Virus record (IMG/VR): IMGVR_UViG_3300025387_000009
Strand: one strand, 5' to 3'
From: a virus
Taxonomy: Duplodnaviria > Caudoviricetes
Length of the DNA: 64,000 bases
The position numbers and the translations under genes were made by a program. Positions 1 to 12,100 of the stretch are shown in pieces. Position 1 is the first letter of the stretch, and each line of letters starts with the position of its first letter. The notes under the pieces are model-generated. The model was given only the letters and a program-made list of their open reading frames with translations, made no database searches and had not been told where the DNA came from.

Positions 1-3000
1 GAATCACCTTATTATTTTAATAGTTTATTATTACCAAATTCAAGTGTACAGGCAACAACTACTATAACAAGTAATTCTGGTATTATTCCTTTAAATACAC
101 CGATAAGTGATGGAACTACTCCGTTTGATACGATGGTTTGGACTATTCCATATCCACCGCATTATTATTCATTCAAAACATCTTTTGTTAATAACACTTT
201 CCAATCACCAAGTGATACATACAGTTTAAGATTTAATCTTTCAACTGGTGTTACTAATAGAGTTATAACGAGTGCGATTAATCCAATTAATCAGACAGAA
301 TATATCTATCTTTCATCTTATTTAACCAGTGATTTTAATTTATTACAAGCGAATTTACCAACCTATGCACCAAATGATTTTATATCATTGCAATTAGCTG
401 ATTTCTCTCCAAATCAACCTATTTATTTAACAGAACTATTTTGTTATTACGGACCCAACCTCGATCAATTATATGATTTAGTGAATTCGCCTTATGTTCC
501 GGTGCAACAAGCATCACAATTTTTATTAGTTTATCCACTATCAGCATACGGTCCGTTTAATGCCACGTTTAGAACATCTTTAAGTAGTTCTCAATTTTAT
601 CATGTAACACAATCTAGTAATGCAACTCTCGTACATTTTGCATCTGGTTATAACAATGTTTATAAAGGAATGCAAGGTTATCCAATAACCTTGCAAATAT
701 TAAACGAACAAGCTGATAATATAGTAATTGATTCTTCTTATCTAACTTCTTATCCACAATATCCATCAAGAAATCTTTTAACAATTAGTGACACTAATTC
801 TGCTTTAGGTGGTCCTTCTCTAATAAGCTGGAATGTTAGCTCTAACAATATAGATCCAAATTCTATTATAACCTTGCAGTCAGTTGATAGTAATGGAAAC
901 TTTTTATCATCATTTCCTTTAAATCAACCGATACCATTTAACCCTAATTCTTGGACAATTTCCGTTTCGGGATATGGTCCTAATACGGTGACTGTTAGTT
1001 TATCTTCGCAGAAGTATAAAGAAGTAGCAATAGTTAATACAAATCCAAGATTATTTAATTATCTTTATGAAGGCATTATTGATATAGGTGTACAAAATAG
1101 TCAAATTATTGGAAAAACTATTTCCTTTATTTTAACAGCAAAAGCACCCATTAACAATCATGACTACAATTTTCCAACCGGAGTTCCAATGTATTGGACA
1201 TGGAGTTATGATAATAAAACAACTAATATACCAATTACTGCATATTATAACAACGGACCTTTAAACGGTTCGGTTTATAATTATGCAAAAAATGATATTT
1301 CTGATTATATAAACAGTATAACTTTAAATGTTTCTTTAAGTTCATCTTTAAATTCTTATAATAAACATAATATAATTGTTAATGCGCATGCATCGAATCC
1401 AATTGCATCGGGTAGCAAAACGGTAGTTTTAGATGATTATCCCGATCAAAGTATATTTAATACATATTTTAGAACTGCTTATAATTGTCCAAATTCTCCA
1501 TTTATTGCAAATGTATCTTCAAATAAAGTTTTAACCAGACCAAACACTGATTATAATAGTTTTTCATTTTATGTCGGAGATATAGTTCCAACTTTAAATG
1601 CATCTGTATATGCATGGAATATAACAAATAATTTAGGTTTAAATTATACATTAAGTTCCTCAAATTATAAGAGTATATCATCAATAAATCATTTATTATA
1701 TTCTCCAAATATATCAGCAACTTATGTATCACTGTGTGCACTCAGTGCAACAATAGTAGGGTGGTATGTTCCTCATAACTTGGTTGCCACTCAAACCATA
1801 TACACCATACCAAGTTCTCAATTCTACACACCAGCAAACTTTATAATATATCCACCATATACTTGGCAGCAAGGTAACAGTGGTTATCTTACTGTTATTG
1901 ATAATAGTAATTTTACTATTTCGCAAGCACCAACTGCATATGCTCATAATAGTTCAGGTTCGCAGAAATTTTATGTATCAGCAAATAATATTGGAATAAA
2001 TCAATATGGGTATGTGGCAAATAGACAAAAAAATACACCATTAGTATCTTTACCACCGCTTACAGCAAACAATCAATTAATCAATTTGCCATATGTAAAT
2101 GACTTATCCTCGACAAAAGGAATGACAGTTTATCTAACATCATTTAATGGCTTTTTTCCTAAATCGTCAATAAATTCTTTAAGTTATATTGGTTTAACTT
2201 CGGTTAATTCTATGACCGGAATTTATGCAGGAACTTATCCAATTGCAAGTAATACGATATTTTCTGATAGCAATTTAACATATTCAAGCAATGGGTTGTC
2301 TGCTTTCAACCAATCACCTAAAATAATACCATACGACACAATACAATTACAGTTTTCAACTGTTAATACAGCTGTTGTATTCGATTATAATTCAGTAACA
2401 CAATTAGGATTGCAGTTTACCCCAGTAACATCAATTGATCTCGATAATAATGTATTTGTTGGTGTTTTACAAACTTTAACACCTTTAAATACAGCAAATA
2501 CGCCTATAAGAGCTTATCAAAATGCTAATTCATACGTAACATATTCATTATCATCATTATCAGGTGGTTGGGTCAGTTATGTTAATGTGCCAATGGTAAA
2601 TGGATTATATGATCTTTTTATTTTAAATGTTGGTGATAAATCTAAACCATTAACAGTTGAAGCAAATGAACAAAGTTTATTATATTTAAATGCCACGGCA
2701 AAAGTTTCAGCTTATATTCCGCCAACAACTTATAATTCAGTTGCGGGTTCCAATCTCATAAATGATTCTTGGGATATTATTGTACAAAACACATCAACTG
2801 CATCTGAGACGATAGTTGCTTATACAACAGCGGTAAAACCAGAAATTTATATTTCATCTTACTATGCATTAACAGGTGAAAATATTTTTATCCAATTTAA
2901 AACTCCTTATTTACAAAATACACCAGAAGCTAATATATCAATTGTATCTTATAATATATATTTTGGTGATGGATTATCAGCTTATCATTTGGTTAATGAT

Positions 3001-4932
3001 ACTACATATCATTCTTATCAATCAAATGGTACATACAACATATCCTATCAAGTAAATTATAATAATGGAACATCATTAAGCTTCCAATTACCAAATACAC
3101 ATGATATTAAAGTTTATGATGTATGGCCCACCTATGATCAATCGCAAATTAGATTATTATCCGAGCAGGTTTTAACACTTCCTTGGACTTTTGAGCAATG
3201 TAGTATACAACCAAATGAATATGCTGATGCAGACATATTCAATACTACAATGAGTCGTTTATACGATAATTTACAGTATTTAATACATAACACACAAACT
3301 ATTAATACTGATTCTCCTACTTTATTTTATGGATGGTTTGGCACGAGTAAAAATTACATAGGTAGAGGTATTCAATGGCACACTCAAGACTTTTTAGCGG
3401 GTGCAGGTGATTATATAAATCCACAGTATGCAACTTCAGCATCGAATGCATTTTCAAAATCCTTTACAAATATCGTAGATTTTATCCATACTGATAACTA
3501 CACTTTTGTTTTAGATGGTATTAATTTAAGAACGTTTACAAATGGTGCATATAGTACTGAAATATTATTTGATAATATAAATCAAGTTTATCAATTGTTT
3601 AAAAATCCTATTTCAATGGATTATGATCAAATAAATCAGAATTTATATATTTTAGATCAGTACTATAATAAAATTTACAAATTAAATTTAAGTTTTGATT
3701 ATATAAATGAAATTAATATTCAATTGGCAGTTGGCAATTATGGTGGATTATCTGATCCTAATAAATTCAATTCACCTACAGAAATAAAATATTTAAATAA
3801 TAATGTATATGTTTTAGATTACAATAATCATTGTGTAAAACAATATACTAAAGATTTAAATTGGGTTTACACGTATCATGTTGATGATTTCGATCAAAGT
3901 ATAGGTACAATAACAACACCTATATACAATAACAATCCAGAATGTTTTTCAATTCATCCTACAACATTATTCCCATATATCTTAACTAAGAGTAATAAGA
4001 TTTATGTATTTGAAGAAACTGGTGGATTAATTACAGAATTTCAGATTCTTGATCCAATAACAAATCAATCGGAAACAAGAATACCAATCAAATTAGTATT
4101 TGATCCTAATGGAAATTTCATGTATATAGTTTATAGTAATGAGATAATTAAATTTACTTTAACAGGATTATTCATTGGGTATGTGGACAAAATTCCAAAC
4201 GTTACGTTATTAAATAATTTTACATCTGCAAAAAATTCATCAAATGAAACATTATTATTCTCAACAAATAATAGTATTTTAAAAGTTCAGGATTTAGTAA
4301 CTTTATATAAAGTTGGTGAAGGGTTACCTTTCCAATATTGGACTGAAGATCAGATTTTAATTTCAAGAGATGAATTTACCGCTGACAATGTTTATAATAG
4401 AGCATTTACAAGATTGGTTCAAAATATTAAAACGTTTAGAAATACAATGGATTCTAAATTTATTACTGCAATTGAATCAACTCCTTATGGACAGGTTACA
4501 TATCTTGCTAAAACTCCTATTTTAGTTTCAAGCAGACCAGTATTTTCAGCTGATATTGAAAATGAAAATGTTCAGGTTGGAGTAAATGAATTTAATATTC
4601 CACAAGTATTCAATAAAGAAATATCTAAAATATATGATGCACTGACATATTTGGCTGGATATCTATCGGTTACTGATAGCAGAAACTTATCAGGTGTTAA
4701 TACAGGTTGCAGTAATCCATTCTGTTGGTCTTGGCAAGCTATGTCTTGCTACAATTTAACGCTACCTGTTATTCGTATATGTAATGTTAATCCAATAACA
4801 TATGCAGAGCTTCAAAGCAACTTTCCAAGTTCATATTCCTTCTCTTCAACTCAACAATTAACTAATACGTGGGGTGATGCAACATCTGATTGTTGTTCTA
4901 ATGTTTTTTACCCTCCTATTACAGCAATTTAA
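1..4932 (+). CDS. Large virion structural protein (baseplate/tail-associated) with a PKD/Ig-like domain and NHL-type beta-propeller repeats; 5'-truncated by the window edge
   Basis: Frame 1 is open from base 1 (ESPYYFNSLLLP...) through the ATG at 133. PKD-like motif YNIYFGDG...HSYQSNGTYNISYQV and NHL-like motif FNSPTEI..NNNVYVLDYNNHCVKQY. Confidence 0.7.
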   Translation, partial: ESPYYFNSLLLPNSSVQATTTITSNSGIIPLNTPISDGTTPFDTMVWTIPYPPHYYSFKTSFVNNTFQSPSDTYSLRFNLSTGVTNRVITSAINPINQTEYIYLSSYLTSDFNLLQANLPTYAPNDFISLQLADFSPNQPIYLTELFCYYGPNLDQLYDLVNSPYVPVQQASQFLLVYPLSAYGPFNATFRTSLSSSQFYHVTQSSNATLVHFASGYNNVYKGMQGYPITLQILNEQADNIVIDSSYLTSYPQYPSRNLLTISDTNSALGGPSLISWNVSSNNIDPNSIITLQSVDSNGNFLSSFPLNQPIPFNPNSWTISVSGYGPNTVTVSLSSQKYKEVAIVNTNPRLFNYLYEGIIDIGVQNSQIIGKTISFILTAKAPINNHDYNFPTGVPMYWTWSYDNKTTNIPITAYYNNGPLNGSVYNYAKNDISDYINSITLNVSLSSSLNSYNKHNIIVNAHASNPIASGSKTVVLDDYPDQSIFNTYFRTAYNCPNSPFIANVSSNKVLTRPNTDYNSFSFYVGDIVPTLNASVYAWNITNNLGLNYTLSSSNYKSISSINHLLYSPNISATYVSLCALSATIVGWYVPHNLVATQTIYTIPSSQFYTPANFIIYPPYTWQQGNSGYLTVIDNSNFTISQAPTAYAHNSSGSQKFYVSANNIGINQYGYVANRQKNTPLVSLPPLTANNQLINLPYVNDLSSTKGMTVYLTSFNGFFPKSSINSLSYIGLTSVNSMTGIYAGTYPIASNTIFSDSNLTYSSNGLSAFNQSPKIIPYDTIQLQFSTVNTAVVFDYNSVTQLGLQFTPVTSIDLDNNVFVGVLQTLTPLNTANTPIRAYQNANSYVTYSLSSLSGGWVSYVNVPMVNGLYDLFILNVGDKSKPLTVEANEQSLLYLNATAKVSAYIPPTTYNSVAGSNLINDSWDIIVQNTSTASETIVAYTTAVKPEIYISSYYALTGENIFIQFKTPYLQNTPEANISIVSYNIYFGDGLSAYHLVNDTTYHSYQSNGTYNISYQVNYNNGTSLSFQLPNTHDIKVYDVWPTYDQSQIRLLSEQVLTLPWTFEQCSIQPNEYADADIFNTTMSRLYDNLQYLIHNTQTINTDSPTLFYGWFGTSKNYIGRGIQWHTQDFLAGAGDYINPQYATSASNAFSKSFTNIVDFIHTDNYTFVLDGINLRTFTNGAYSTEILFDNINQVYQLFKNPISMDYDQINQNLYILDQYYNKIYKLNLSFDYINEINIQLAVGNYGGLSDPNKFNSPTEIKYLNNNVYVLDYNNHCVKQYTKDLNWVYTYHVDDFDQSIGTITTPIYNNNPECFSIHPTTLFPYILTKSNKIYVFEETGGLITEFQILDPITNQSETRIPIKLVFDPNGNFMYIVYSNEIIKFTLTGLFIGYVDKIPNVTLLNNFTSAKNSSNETLLFSTNNSILKVQDLVTLYKVGEGLPFQYWTEDQILISRDEFTADNVYNRAFTRLVQNIKTFRNTMDSKFITAIESTPYGQVTYLAKTPILVSSRPVFSADIENENVQVGVNEFNIPQVFNKEISKIYDALTYLAGYLSVTDSRNLSGVNTGCSNPFCWSWQAMSCYNLTLPVIRICNVNPITYAELQSNFPSSYSFSSTQQLTNTWGDATSDCCSNVFYPPITAI

Positions 4933-4951
4933 GGATAATTATTAATAAGCA

Positions 4952-7900
4952 ATGAGACCCAATTCCAAATATCATAGACAAAATCACCATACATATGCTC
5001 ACGCAACTAATCCTGATTCATCTCATGATCCTATAGCTAGTTTCACAGCACCATTTTATGGTGATTTTGTATTGCAAGGTGGTTTAAGTGCAATTGTTCC
5101 ATCGACAAGTGCTTATGCAGCTGCATTTATTGGAGGAAATGTTGGTATTGGTACTGCTAACCCAAATCAGCAATTAACTGTTATAGGTAATGTTAGCGCA
5201 ACTGGTAATCAATATACAAACGGTAACTTAACTGTTAATAATATAATAGCAAATAATATTACTGCTTCTGGTAATCTCAGTTTAAGTGGAAATTCTACAA
5301 TACAAGGAAGCCAAACCATTAGTGGTCTGGTTTCTGGAGGTGGTGGTTTACAAATTCAAGCACCTTTAAATGGCGCAGCTGCTATTTTTAAAGGCGGTAA
5401 TGTTGGTATCAATAACACCTCTCCTAATTACCCTTTACAAGTTAAAGGTGATGCTTGGATAGACGGAAATTTATGGTTAACAAAAAATTTAAATCTTTCT
5501 GGAACAATTGTTGATCACACCACATTACAATTATCAAGTAACGGTTTAGATTTAATAAACTACGGAACCAGAACTACGCTTTTTACTCGCCAAGATGGAT
5601 TTCAACCAGTAATAGTTTCTCAGGTTACTAATCCAATCACGAATCAACCATTAACTGCTTTCTATGTTGACGGTTTAGCAACAGGAGGATACGTTGGTAT
5701 CGGTGGAACAACCACTCCAAATTGGCATCTTGCTGTTCAGGGGTCGATAAGTGCTAGTGGTAATGTATTCGTTCCGATTTTATCTTGTAATTCTATAGAT
5801 TTAACATCTGAAATGCATCCCGATGGAAGAAATCCATCTATATTCATAGGTGAATATAATCTTTCAAATACTTCTCCTCAATCAGGAGTTAAAATGATTT
5901 ATGATAAACAGAGTGATACTTTTTATATTCAAAATATTCAAGGTAACATTCAGCCATTAACGGCACTTTCTGTTAATCAAAATGGTTGGGTTGGTGTTAA
6001 TACTGCATTCCCCACAACAAACTTCACAGTTAACGGAGCAATAAGTGCAAGTTGTACTTTAATTGTAGGTTATAATAACTCAATCGGTTCTGGAAAATAT
6101 GCTGCTGTTGTAGGCGGATGCAACAATTCATCAACCGCAAATTATTCAAGTGTGTTAGGTGGCGCATGTAATACATCTTCTGGTTGCTATAGTGTTGTTG
6201 TCAACGGTTATTGCAATCAAGCAACCGGAAAATATACAATTGTTGGCGGTGGTTATTGTAACTGTGCAACTGGTGATTGCTCAAACGTTTCTGCTGGATA
6301 TTGCAACAAAGCAACGGTAGGATTTTCATCTGTTGTTGCTGGGTTTTCTTCTTGTGCAATTTGTACACATGCTAATATTTTAGGTGGTTATCTTAATACA
6401 GCTTCTGGTTATCATGCCAATATTTTAGGTGGTAATAATAATACATCAAGCGGAACCTGTTCAAATATATTGGGTGGATTCTGCAACGTTGCAAGTGGAA
6501 ATCATTCAAGTGTTGTTATTGGTCAATGCAACACGGCTAGCGGATGCCAAACAACAGTTGTTGCTGGTAATTGCAATACAGCATCTGGAAATTATTCATT
6601 TATTGCAGGTGGATCAGCAAACAACACTAATAACCAGACAAATACCTATGTTTTAGGTACTGCGATAACAGCAACAAGATCACATTTTACATATGTAAAT
6701 AATTTAAGTTCACAAGGTTATGTGTATGGAAATTATATTGGTAACGGTTCAAACTTAACTGGCGTTTTAGCATCAGGCAGTTTCTTTACAACGGGTACAA
6801 GTCTTTCATCGTTACAATATGTTTACGGCTCAAATTGTGCGTGTGCAAACTTCTCATCTATTTTTGGTGGGAAAAATAATACAATTTCATCAGGCGGCAC
6901 AAATTCATCAATAACGGGTGGTGTTCGCAATACTGCTTCTGCAAATTATACACATATAAGTGGTGGTTGTTGCAATACGGCTAGTAATAGTTTTTCAAAT
7001 GTAAATGGTGGTGGTTCAAATTGTGCGGGTGCATATGGATCTAATATATCTGGCGGATGTTTAAATTCCATAAGTTCAAGTGGTTCATTTTCTAATATTT
7101 CAGGTGGCGAACAAAACTGCATAACAGGTTATGACTCTAATATAACAGGAGGATGTTTAAATTGCGTTTCTGGAAATAGATCGGTTATAACAGGAGGTCA
7201 GCAAAATACTGCATCCGGTAATTATAGTTTTATTGCTGGCGGAGTTTCTAACAATACAAATAATTTACCAAATACGTTTATTTTGGGTTCTAATATTACT
7301 GCACTATCCAGTAACTTTACCTATGTTAATAACTTGAGTTCAACTGGTGATTTATACACACAAAATATTATCATTGGTAAGAGTTTAAATGTATTGGGTG
7401 ATTTAACAAGTTTAAGTAGAGCAGTTATTAATGGTCAAGTTAGAAATATAGTTGTAGGAAGTACAGGTGTAGGATATACAGTTGCGCCAACTGTAACTAT
7501 TGACCCACCAACTGACACTAATACGAATGGTAAAGTTAATATACAAGCAACAGCAGTTGCAAATATAGATGCCTTCGGTCACGTTATTGGTATTACCATA
7601 ACAAATGCAGGTCAAGGTTATCTTCAGCATCCTAATGTAACAATTACTGGTGGAAACGGTGCAGGTGCTACAGCTTATGCATTTTCTGATTATTCTGCTT
7701 TACCAAATTCAAAAGGAAGAGGTGGACAAGCATCTACAGTAATGTTCTGGGATGGAAGATTGTTTTCATCAGGTCGTTCATATTATGGATCAATTCCAAC
7801 AGGATATTATGCCGATTTATCAATTGTAAATCCAGTTACAATTACTCCCACTGATGCCGCAACACCAGTTGCTAGACCAGTAGAATTCTGGCAAGCTGGA

Positions 7901-9145
7901 TTATCATTATACATATTGGATGCAAATGGTGTTCTTTGGGCGAGTGGTATAAACAACTATGGAAACTTAGGCAACGGCGGAACCGAAAATGAGACCATAA
8001 TGAATAAGATTTATTTTGGTGGTTCGGATGGAAGCACCAATCAACAAAGAGCAGTTGTTAAATTCTCAGTAAATAAATCAGTAGATCAAGCTTCTTATAT
8101 AACATGTTTAGCAGTTACAGCAGATGGAAAACTATGGACATGGGGCAATAACAGCTATGGTTCATTAGGCATTGGAACTGCTGATGGTTCGGCACATTCA
8201 ACGCCAACAAACATAACTCTCAGTAATACTAGCGGAATAAAGCAGATTTTAAATACTGCTGATTCAAGTAATACAAATAGTTCTTTCGTATTATTCAATG
8301 ATGGAACTGTTCAATCCTGTGGTTGGAATAACTACGGAGAACTCGGAAGAGGTGCTGGTACTAATTTCTATACATTTGGATCTGTTTTAAGTGGAGTTGG
8401 AACACCAATTGGCAACGTTAAAAAAGTTTATGGTAGCACAGGTGGTGTATCAGGAACGGGTGCAACATATTTCCTTTGCAACGATGGTACATTATGGTCA
8501 ACTGGATATAACGGTATAGGTGCACTGGGATTAGGAACTAGTGGTCATGCTGATACAACAAATAGAAATTATGCAACCAAAATTACGTCTCTCAGTAATA
8601 TAGTTAATTTCTGGACATTTAATAGAATAGGCGATTATGCTTTCTGCCTTGCATATGATTCATATGGTAACTTATGGAGTTGGGGCAGAAACGATTGGGG
8701 TCAATTAGGTATCGGCTCAACTGACGGCAGTGCTCATAGCATACCAACAACGGTTCATTCTCCGGTATATCAAACCTCAAGAACTGGTTTTGCAAGTGTA
8801 CCAAACTGGTCATGGTCGGCAGGTTTAATAAAAGATATTGCAATAGCTGATGGTGCATGGGCTATGGCAACAACTGACGGAAGAGTATTCACTTGCGGGT
8901 ACAGCGGTTGGGGTGGTTTAGGTGGCGATTCTGAAGAAAATTACTTATCAACGCCTACTCAAATTAAATTACCAAAGCAAAATGCTCAATCAGTATCACT
9001 TGTAGGTTATGCAAATCAACTTTTCCTACAAATTATAACTCAAGAAGGAAGAGTCTACATGTGTGGTATGAATAACTATGGTCAACTTGGTACTGGGGAT
9101 TCACAAGACGTTTATTATATACCAACCGAAACATATAGATACTAA
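4952..9145 (+). CDS. Tail fibre/adhesin-like protein with GIGTxxP shaft motifs, Cys-rich YadA-head-like repeats and a C-terminal RCC1/BLIP-II beta-propeller
   Basis: GNVGIGTANPNQQLTVIGN motifs, ~14-aa GGxxNxAxGxxSxIx repeats, and RCC1 repeats (LWTWGNNSYGSLGIG, LWSTGYNGIGALGLG, VYMCGMNNYGQLGTG). Confidence 0.8.
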   Translation: MRPNSKYHRQNHHTYAHATNPDSSHDPIASFTAPFYGDFVLQGGLSAIVPSTSAYAAAFIGGNVGIGTANPNQQLTVIGNVSATGNQYTNGNLTVNNIIANNITASGNLSLSGNSTIQGSQTISGLVSGGGGLQIQAPLNGAAAIFKGGNVGINNTSPNYPLQVKGDAWIDGNLWLTKNLNLSGTIVDHTTLQLSSNGLDLINYGTRTTLFTRQDGFQPVIVSQVTNPITNQPLTAFYVDGLATGGYVGIGGTTTPNWHLAVQGSISASGNVFVPILSCNSIDLTSEMHPDGRNPSIFIGEYNLSNTSPQSGVKMIYDKQSDTFYIQNIQGNIQPLTALSVNQNGWVGVNTAFPTTNFTVNGAISASCTLIVGYNNSIGSGKYAAVVGGCNNSSTANYSSVLGGACNTSSGCYSVVVNGYCNQATGKYTIVGGGYCNCATGDCSNVSAGYCNKATVGFSSVVAGFSSCAICTHANILGGYLNTASGYHANILGGNNNTSSGTCSNILGGFCNVASGNHSSVVIGQCNTASGCQTTVVAGNCNTASGNYSFIAGGSANNTNNQTNTYVLGTAITATRSHFTYVNNLSSQGYVYGNYIGNGSNLTGVLASGSFFTTGTSLSSLQYVYGSNCACANFSSIFGGKNNTISSGGTNSSITGGVRNTASANYTHISGGCCNTASNSFSNVNGGGSNCAGAYGSNISGGCLNSISSSGSFSNISGGEQNCITGYDSNITGGCLNCVSGNRSVITGGQQNTASGNYSFIAGGVSNNTNNLPNTFILGSNITALSSNFTYVNNLSSTGDLYTQNIIIGKSLNVLGDLTSLSRAVINGQVRNIVVGSTGVGYTVAPTVTIDPPTDTNTNGKVNIQATAVANIDAFGHVIGITITNAGQGYLQHPNVTITGGNGAGATAYAFSDYSALPNSKGRGGQASTVMFWDGRLFSSGRSYYGSIPTGYYADLSIVNPVTITPTDAATPVARPVEFWQAGLSLYILDANGVLWASGINNYGNLGNGGTENETIMNKIYFGGSDGSTNQQRAVVKFSVNKSVDQASYITCLAVTADGKLWTWGNNSYGSLGIGTADGSAHSTPTNITLSNTSGIKQILNTADSSNTNSSFVLFNDGTVQSCGWNNYGELGRGAGTNFYTFGSVLSGVGTPIGNVKKVYGSTGGVSGTGATYFLCNDGTLWSTGYNGIGALGLGTSGHADTTNRNYATKITSLSNIVNFWTFNRIGDYAFCLAYDSYGNLWSWGRNDWGQLGIGSTDGSAHSIPTTVHSPVYQTSRTGFASVPNWSWSAGLIKDIAIADGAWAMATTDGRVFTCGYSGWGGLGGDSEENYLSTPTQIKLPKQNAQSVSLVGYANQLFLQIITQEGRVYMCGMNNYGQLGTGDSQDVYYIPTETYRY

Positions 9146-9159
9146 GGTAAATATACTAT

Positions 9160-12100
9160 ATGGCTGATAATGTTACTTCAGATAGAGTAAAACTAATTGT
9201 TGATTTAAATCAAGCAAACTCTCCTTTAGCAGGAAATGAAATTTTTGCCTTGGTTCAAGGTGGCATTACTAAAAAAGCAGCCATTTCAGATATTGGTTAT
9301 TATACTGAAACGCTTGATTATGCCAGTTGGGTGCAGAGCAATTCTTCAAGTTTTCTAACAATAGAGTCATTATCTGCTAATTGGAATTCCGTATTTAATT
9401 CGGTTTTTGCGACTTCTGGGAACTGGAATTCTGTATTCAATTCTGTTACCGCAACATCTGGTAATTGGAATTCTGTTTTTGCTACCGTTTGTGCTTTAAG
9501 TGGCAACTGGAACTCTGTTTATAGTGCATTTAATAACCAATCTGCATATAACACATCAGTTTATAATACTACAAATACTTTAAGTTCAAATTGGAGTTCT
9601 GTTTATAGTACATTTAATAATCAATCTGGATATGATGTTTCAGTTTATAATACTACTAAATCTTTAAGTGGTAATTGGAGTTCTGTTTACAGTACATTTA
9701 ATAATCAATCAGCTAATAATTCTAGTGTTTTTAATTATGTAAATTCAAATAGTGCAAATTGGAACAATATTAATTTCTTTGAAACTCAATCAGCTAATAA
9801 TTTATCTGTTTTTAGTTCAGTAAATTCCAATAGTGCAAACTGGAATAACATAAATTTCTTTGAGTCCCAATCAGCCAACAATGCTAGTGTTTTCAGTTCT
9901 GTAAATTCTAATTCAGCTAATTGGAATAACATAAATTTCTTTGAAACCCAATCAGCTAATAATTTATCTGTTTTTAGTTCAGTAAATTCCAATAGTGCAA
10001 ACTGGAATAATATAAATTTCTTTGAATCTCAGTCAGCTAACAATGCTAGTGTTTTCAGTTCGGTAAACTCAAATAGTGCTAATTGGAATTCAATATCCTT
10101 TTTACAAACTGCTAGTGCAAATAATGCTTCTGTTTACTCTTCGGTAAATTCAAATAGTGCCAACTGGAACAGTATATCTTTCTTGCAGTCTGCTAGTGCA
10201 AATAACGCATCAGTTTATAGCAATGTAAATTCTAATAGTTCTAACTGGAATAACATAAATTTCTTTGAATCTCAGTCAGCTAATAATTTATCTGTTTTTA
10301 GTTATGTAAATTCTAATTCTGCTAATTGGAATAATATTAATTTGTTTGAATCTCAGTCCGCTAACAATGCTAGTGTTTTCAGTTCTGTAAATTCAAATAG
10401 TGCTAATTGGAATAGTATATCTTTCTTACAATCATTATCAGCTAACGATCAATCGGTTTACAGTAGCGTGAGTTCTAATTCTGCTAACTGGAATAGCATA
10501 TCTTTCTTACAGGCTTTATCTGCTAATGATAAATCAGTTTACAGTTATGTAAACTCTAATAGTGCTAATTGGAATAGTATATCTTTCTTACAATCGGCTA
10601 GTGCAAATAATGCATCCGTATACAGTTCAGTAAATTCAAATTCAGCTAACTGGAATAGCATATCTTTCTTGCAGTCAGCTAGTGCTAATAATGCTAGCGT
10701 TTTTAGTTCAGTAAATTCAAATAGTGCTAATTGGTCTTCTATATCTTTCTTGCAAGGGTTATCTGCAAATAATCAATCGGTTTACAGTAATGTAAATTCA
10801 AATTCTGCCAATTGGAACAATATTAATTTCTTTGAACCTCAATCAGCAAACAACTTATCAGTTTATAGCCAAGTATCCTTACTTAGTAGTGGTTGGAGTG
10901 GTGGTGGTTCTGTTGCTACTACAGTTCAAACACAATCTGCTAACAATGCATCAGTTTACTCTTCAGTAAATTCAAACAGTGCTAATTGGAATACTATATC
11001 AGTTTTTCAAAATCAATCAGCAAATAATGCATCAGTTTTCTCTACTGTAAAGGCTCAATCATCAACAATTACTTGGGTAAACAATAATAGTGCATATTTA
11101 GTTGTAAATAATTTTCCTGCTGGTCAAACGCAATATTTATACGGTAATATAACAGTTTATGGTTCTATTTCGGCACAGGGTGGTATATCGAACCAAACAA
11201 ATAACGTTGGAACAACCAGTGCATTTAACGTTGTTAATAATAATGCTAATGTATATGCGGTAAATGTTCAACAAGCATCTGGCAGCAGTTTAGGTATAGC
11301 AACATTCTTTGACGGTTATCCTGCTCTATATGTGGGTAAAACAACAAACGCAGATGGTAGTGTTTATAATGGCGGTGTTGTTGGTATTAAAACATCAACA
11401 CCAAATAAAACATTAACTGTTTTAGGTGACATTTCAGCAAGCAACCAGATATGGGCAACAGCATTTAATGGCAATCTTAATGGCAATGCAGCAACAGTAA
11501 CAAATGGTGTCTATACAAATGGTTCTTATTCTTATCCATCTTGGATCACTAATATAGCAGATTCTATTATCACAGGTAACAATAGAAATAGTTGGGATAG
11601 TGCTTATTCGCAGGTTAATAATTTAAGTTCTAATTGGAATACAGGAAGTGGATTCCAAAGCCAATCAGCTAATAATGCATCCGTTTACACTAACGTAAAC
11701 TCCAATAGTGCTAACTGGAGTTCAATATCTTTCTTACAAGGTTTATCTGCTAATGATCAATCAGTTTATAGTAGTGTTAACTCAAATTCTGCTAATTGGA
11801 ACAGTATATCTTTCTTACAGGGGTTATCTGCTAATGATAAATCAGTTTATAGTAATGTAAATTCAAATTCCGCCATCTGGAACAGTATATCTTTCTTACA
11901 AGCTCTTTCTGCTAATGATCAATCTGTTTATAGTTCAGTAAATTCAAATTCGGCAAACTGGTCTTCCATATCCTTCTTACAATCAGCTAGTGCTAATAAT
12001 GCTTCTGTATTCAGCAATGTAAATTCAAATTCTGCTAACTGGAGTTCGGTTTACACACAAGTTAATAGTTTAAGTTCTGGTTGGAATAGCGCAGCTTCAA

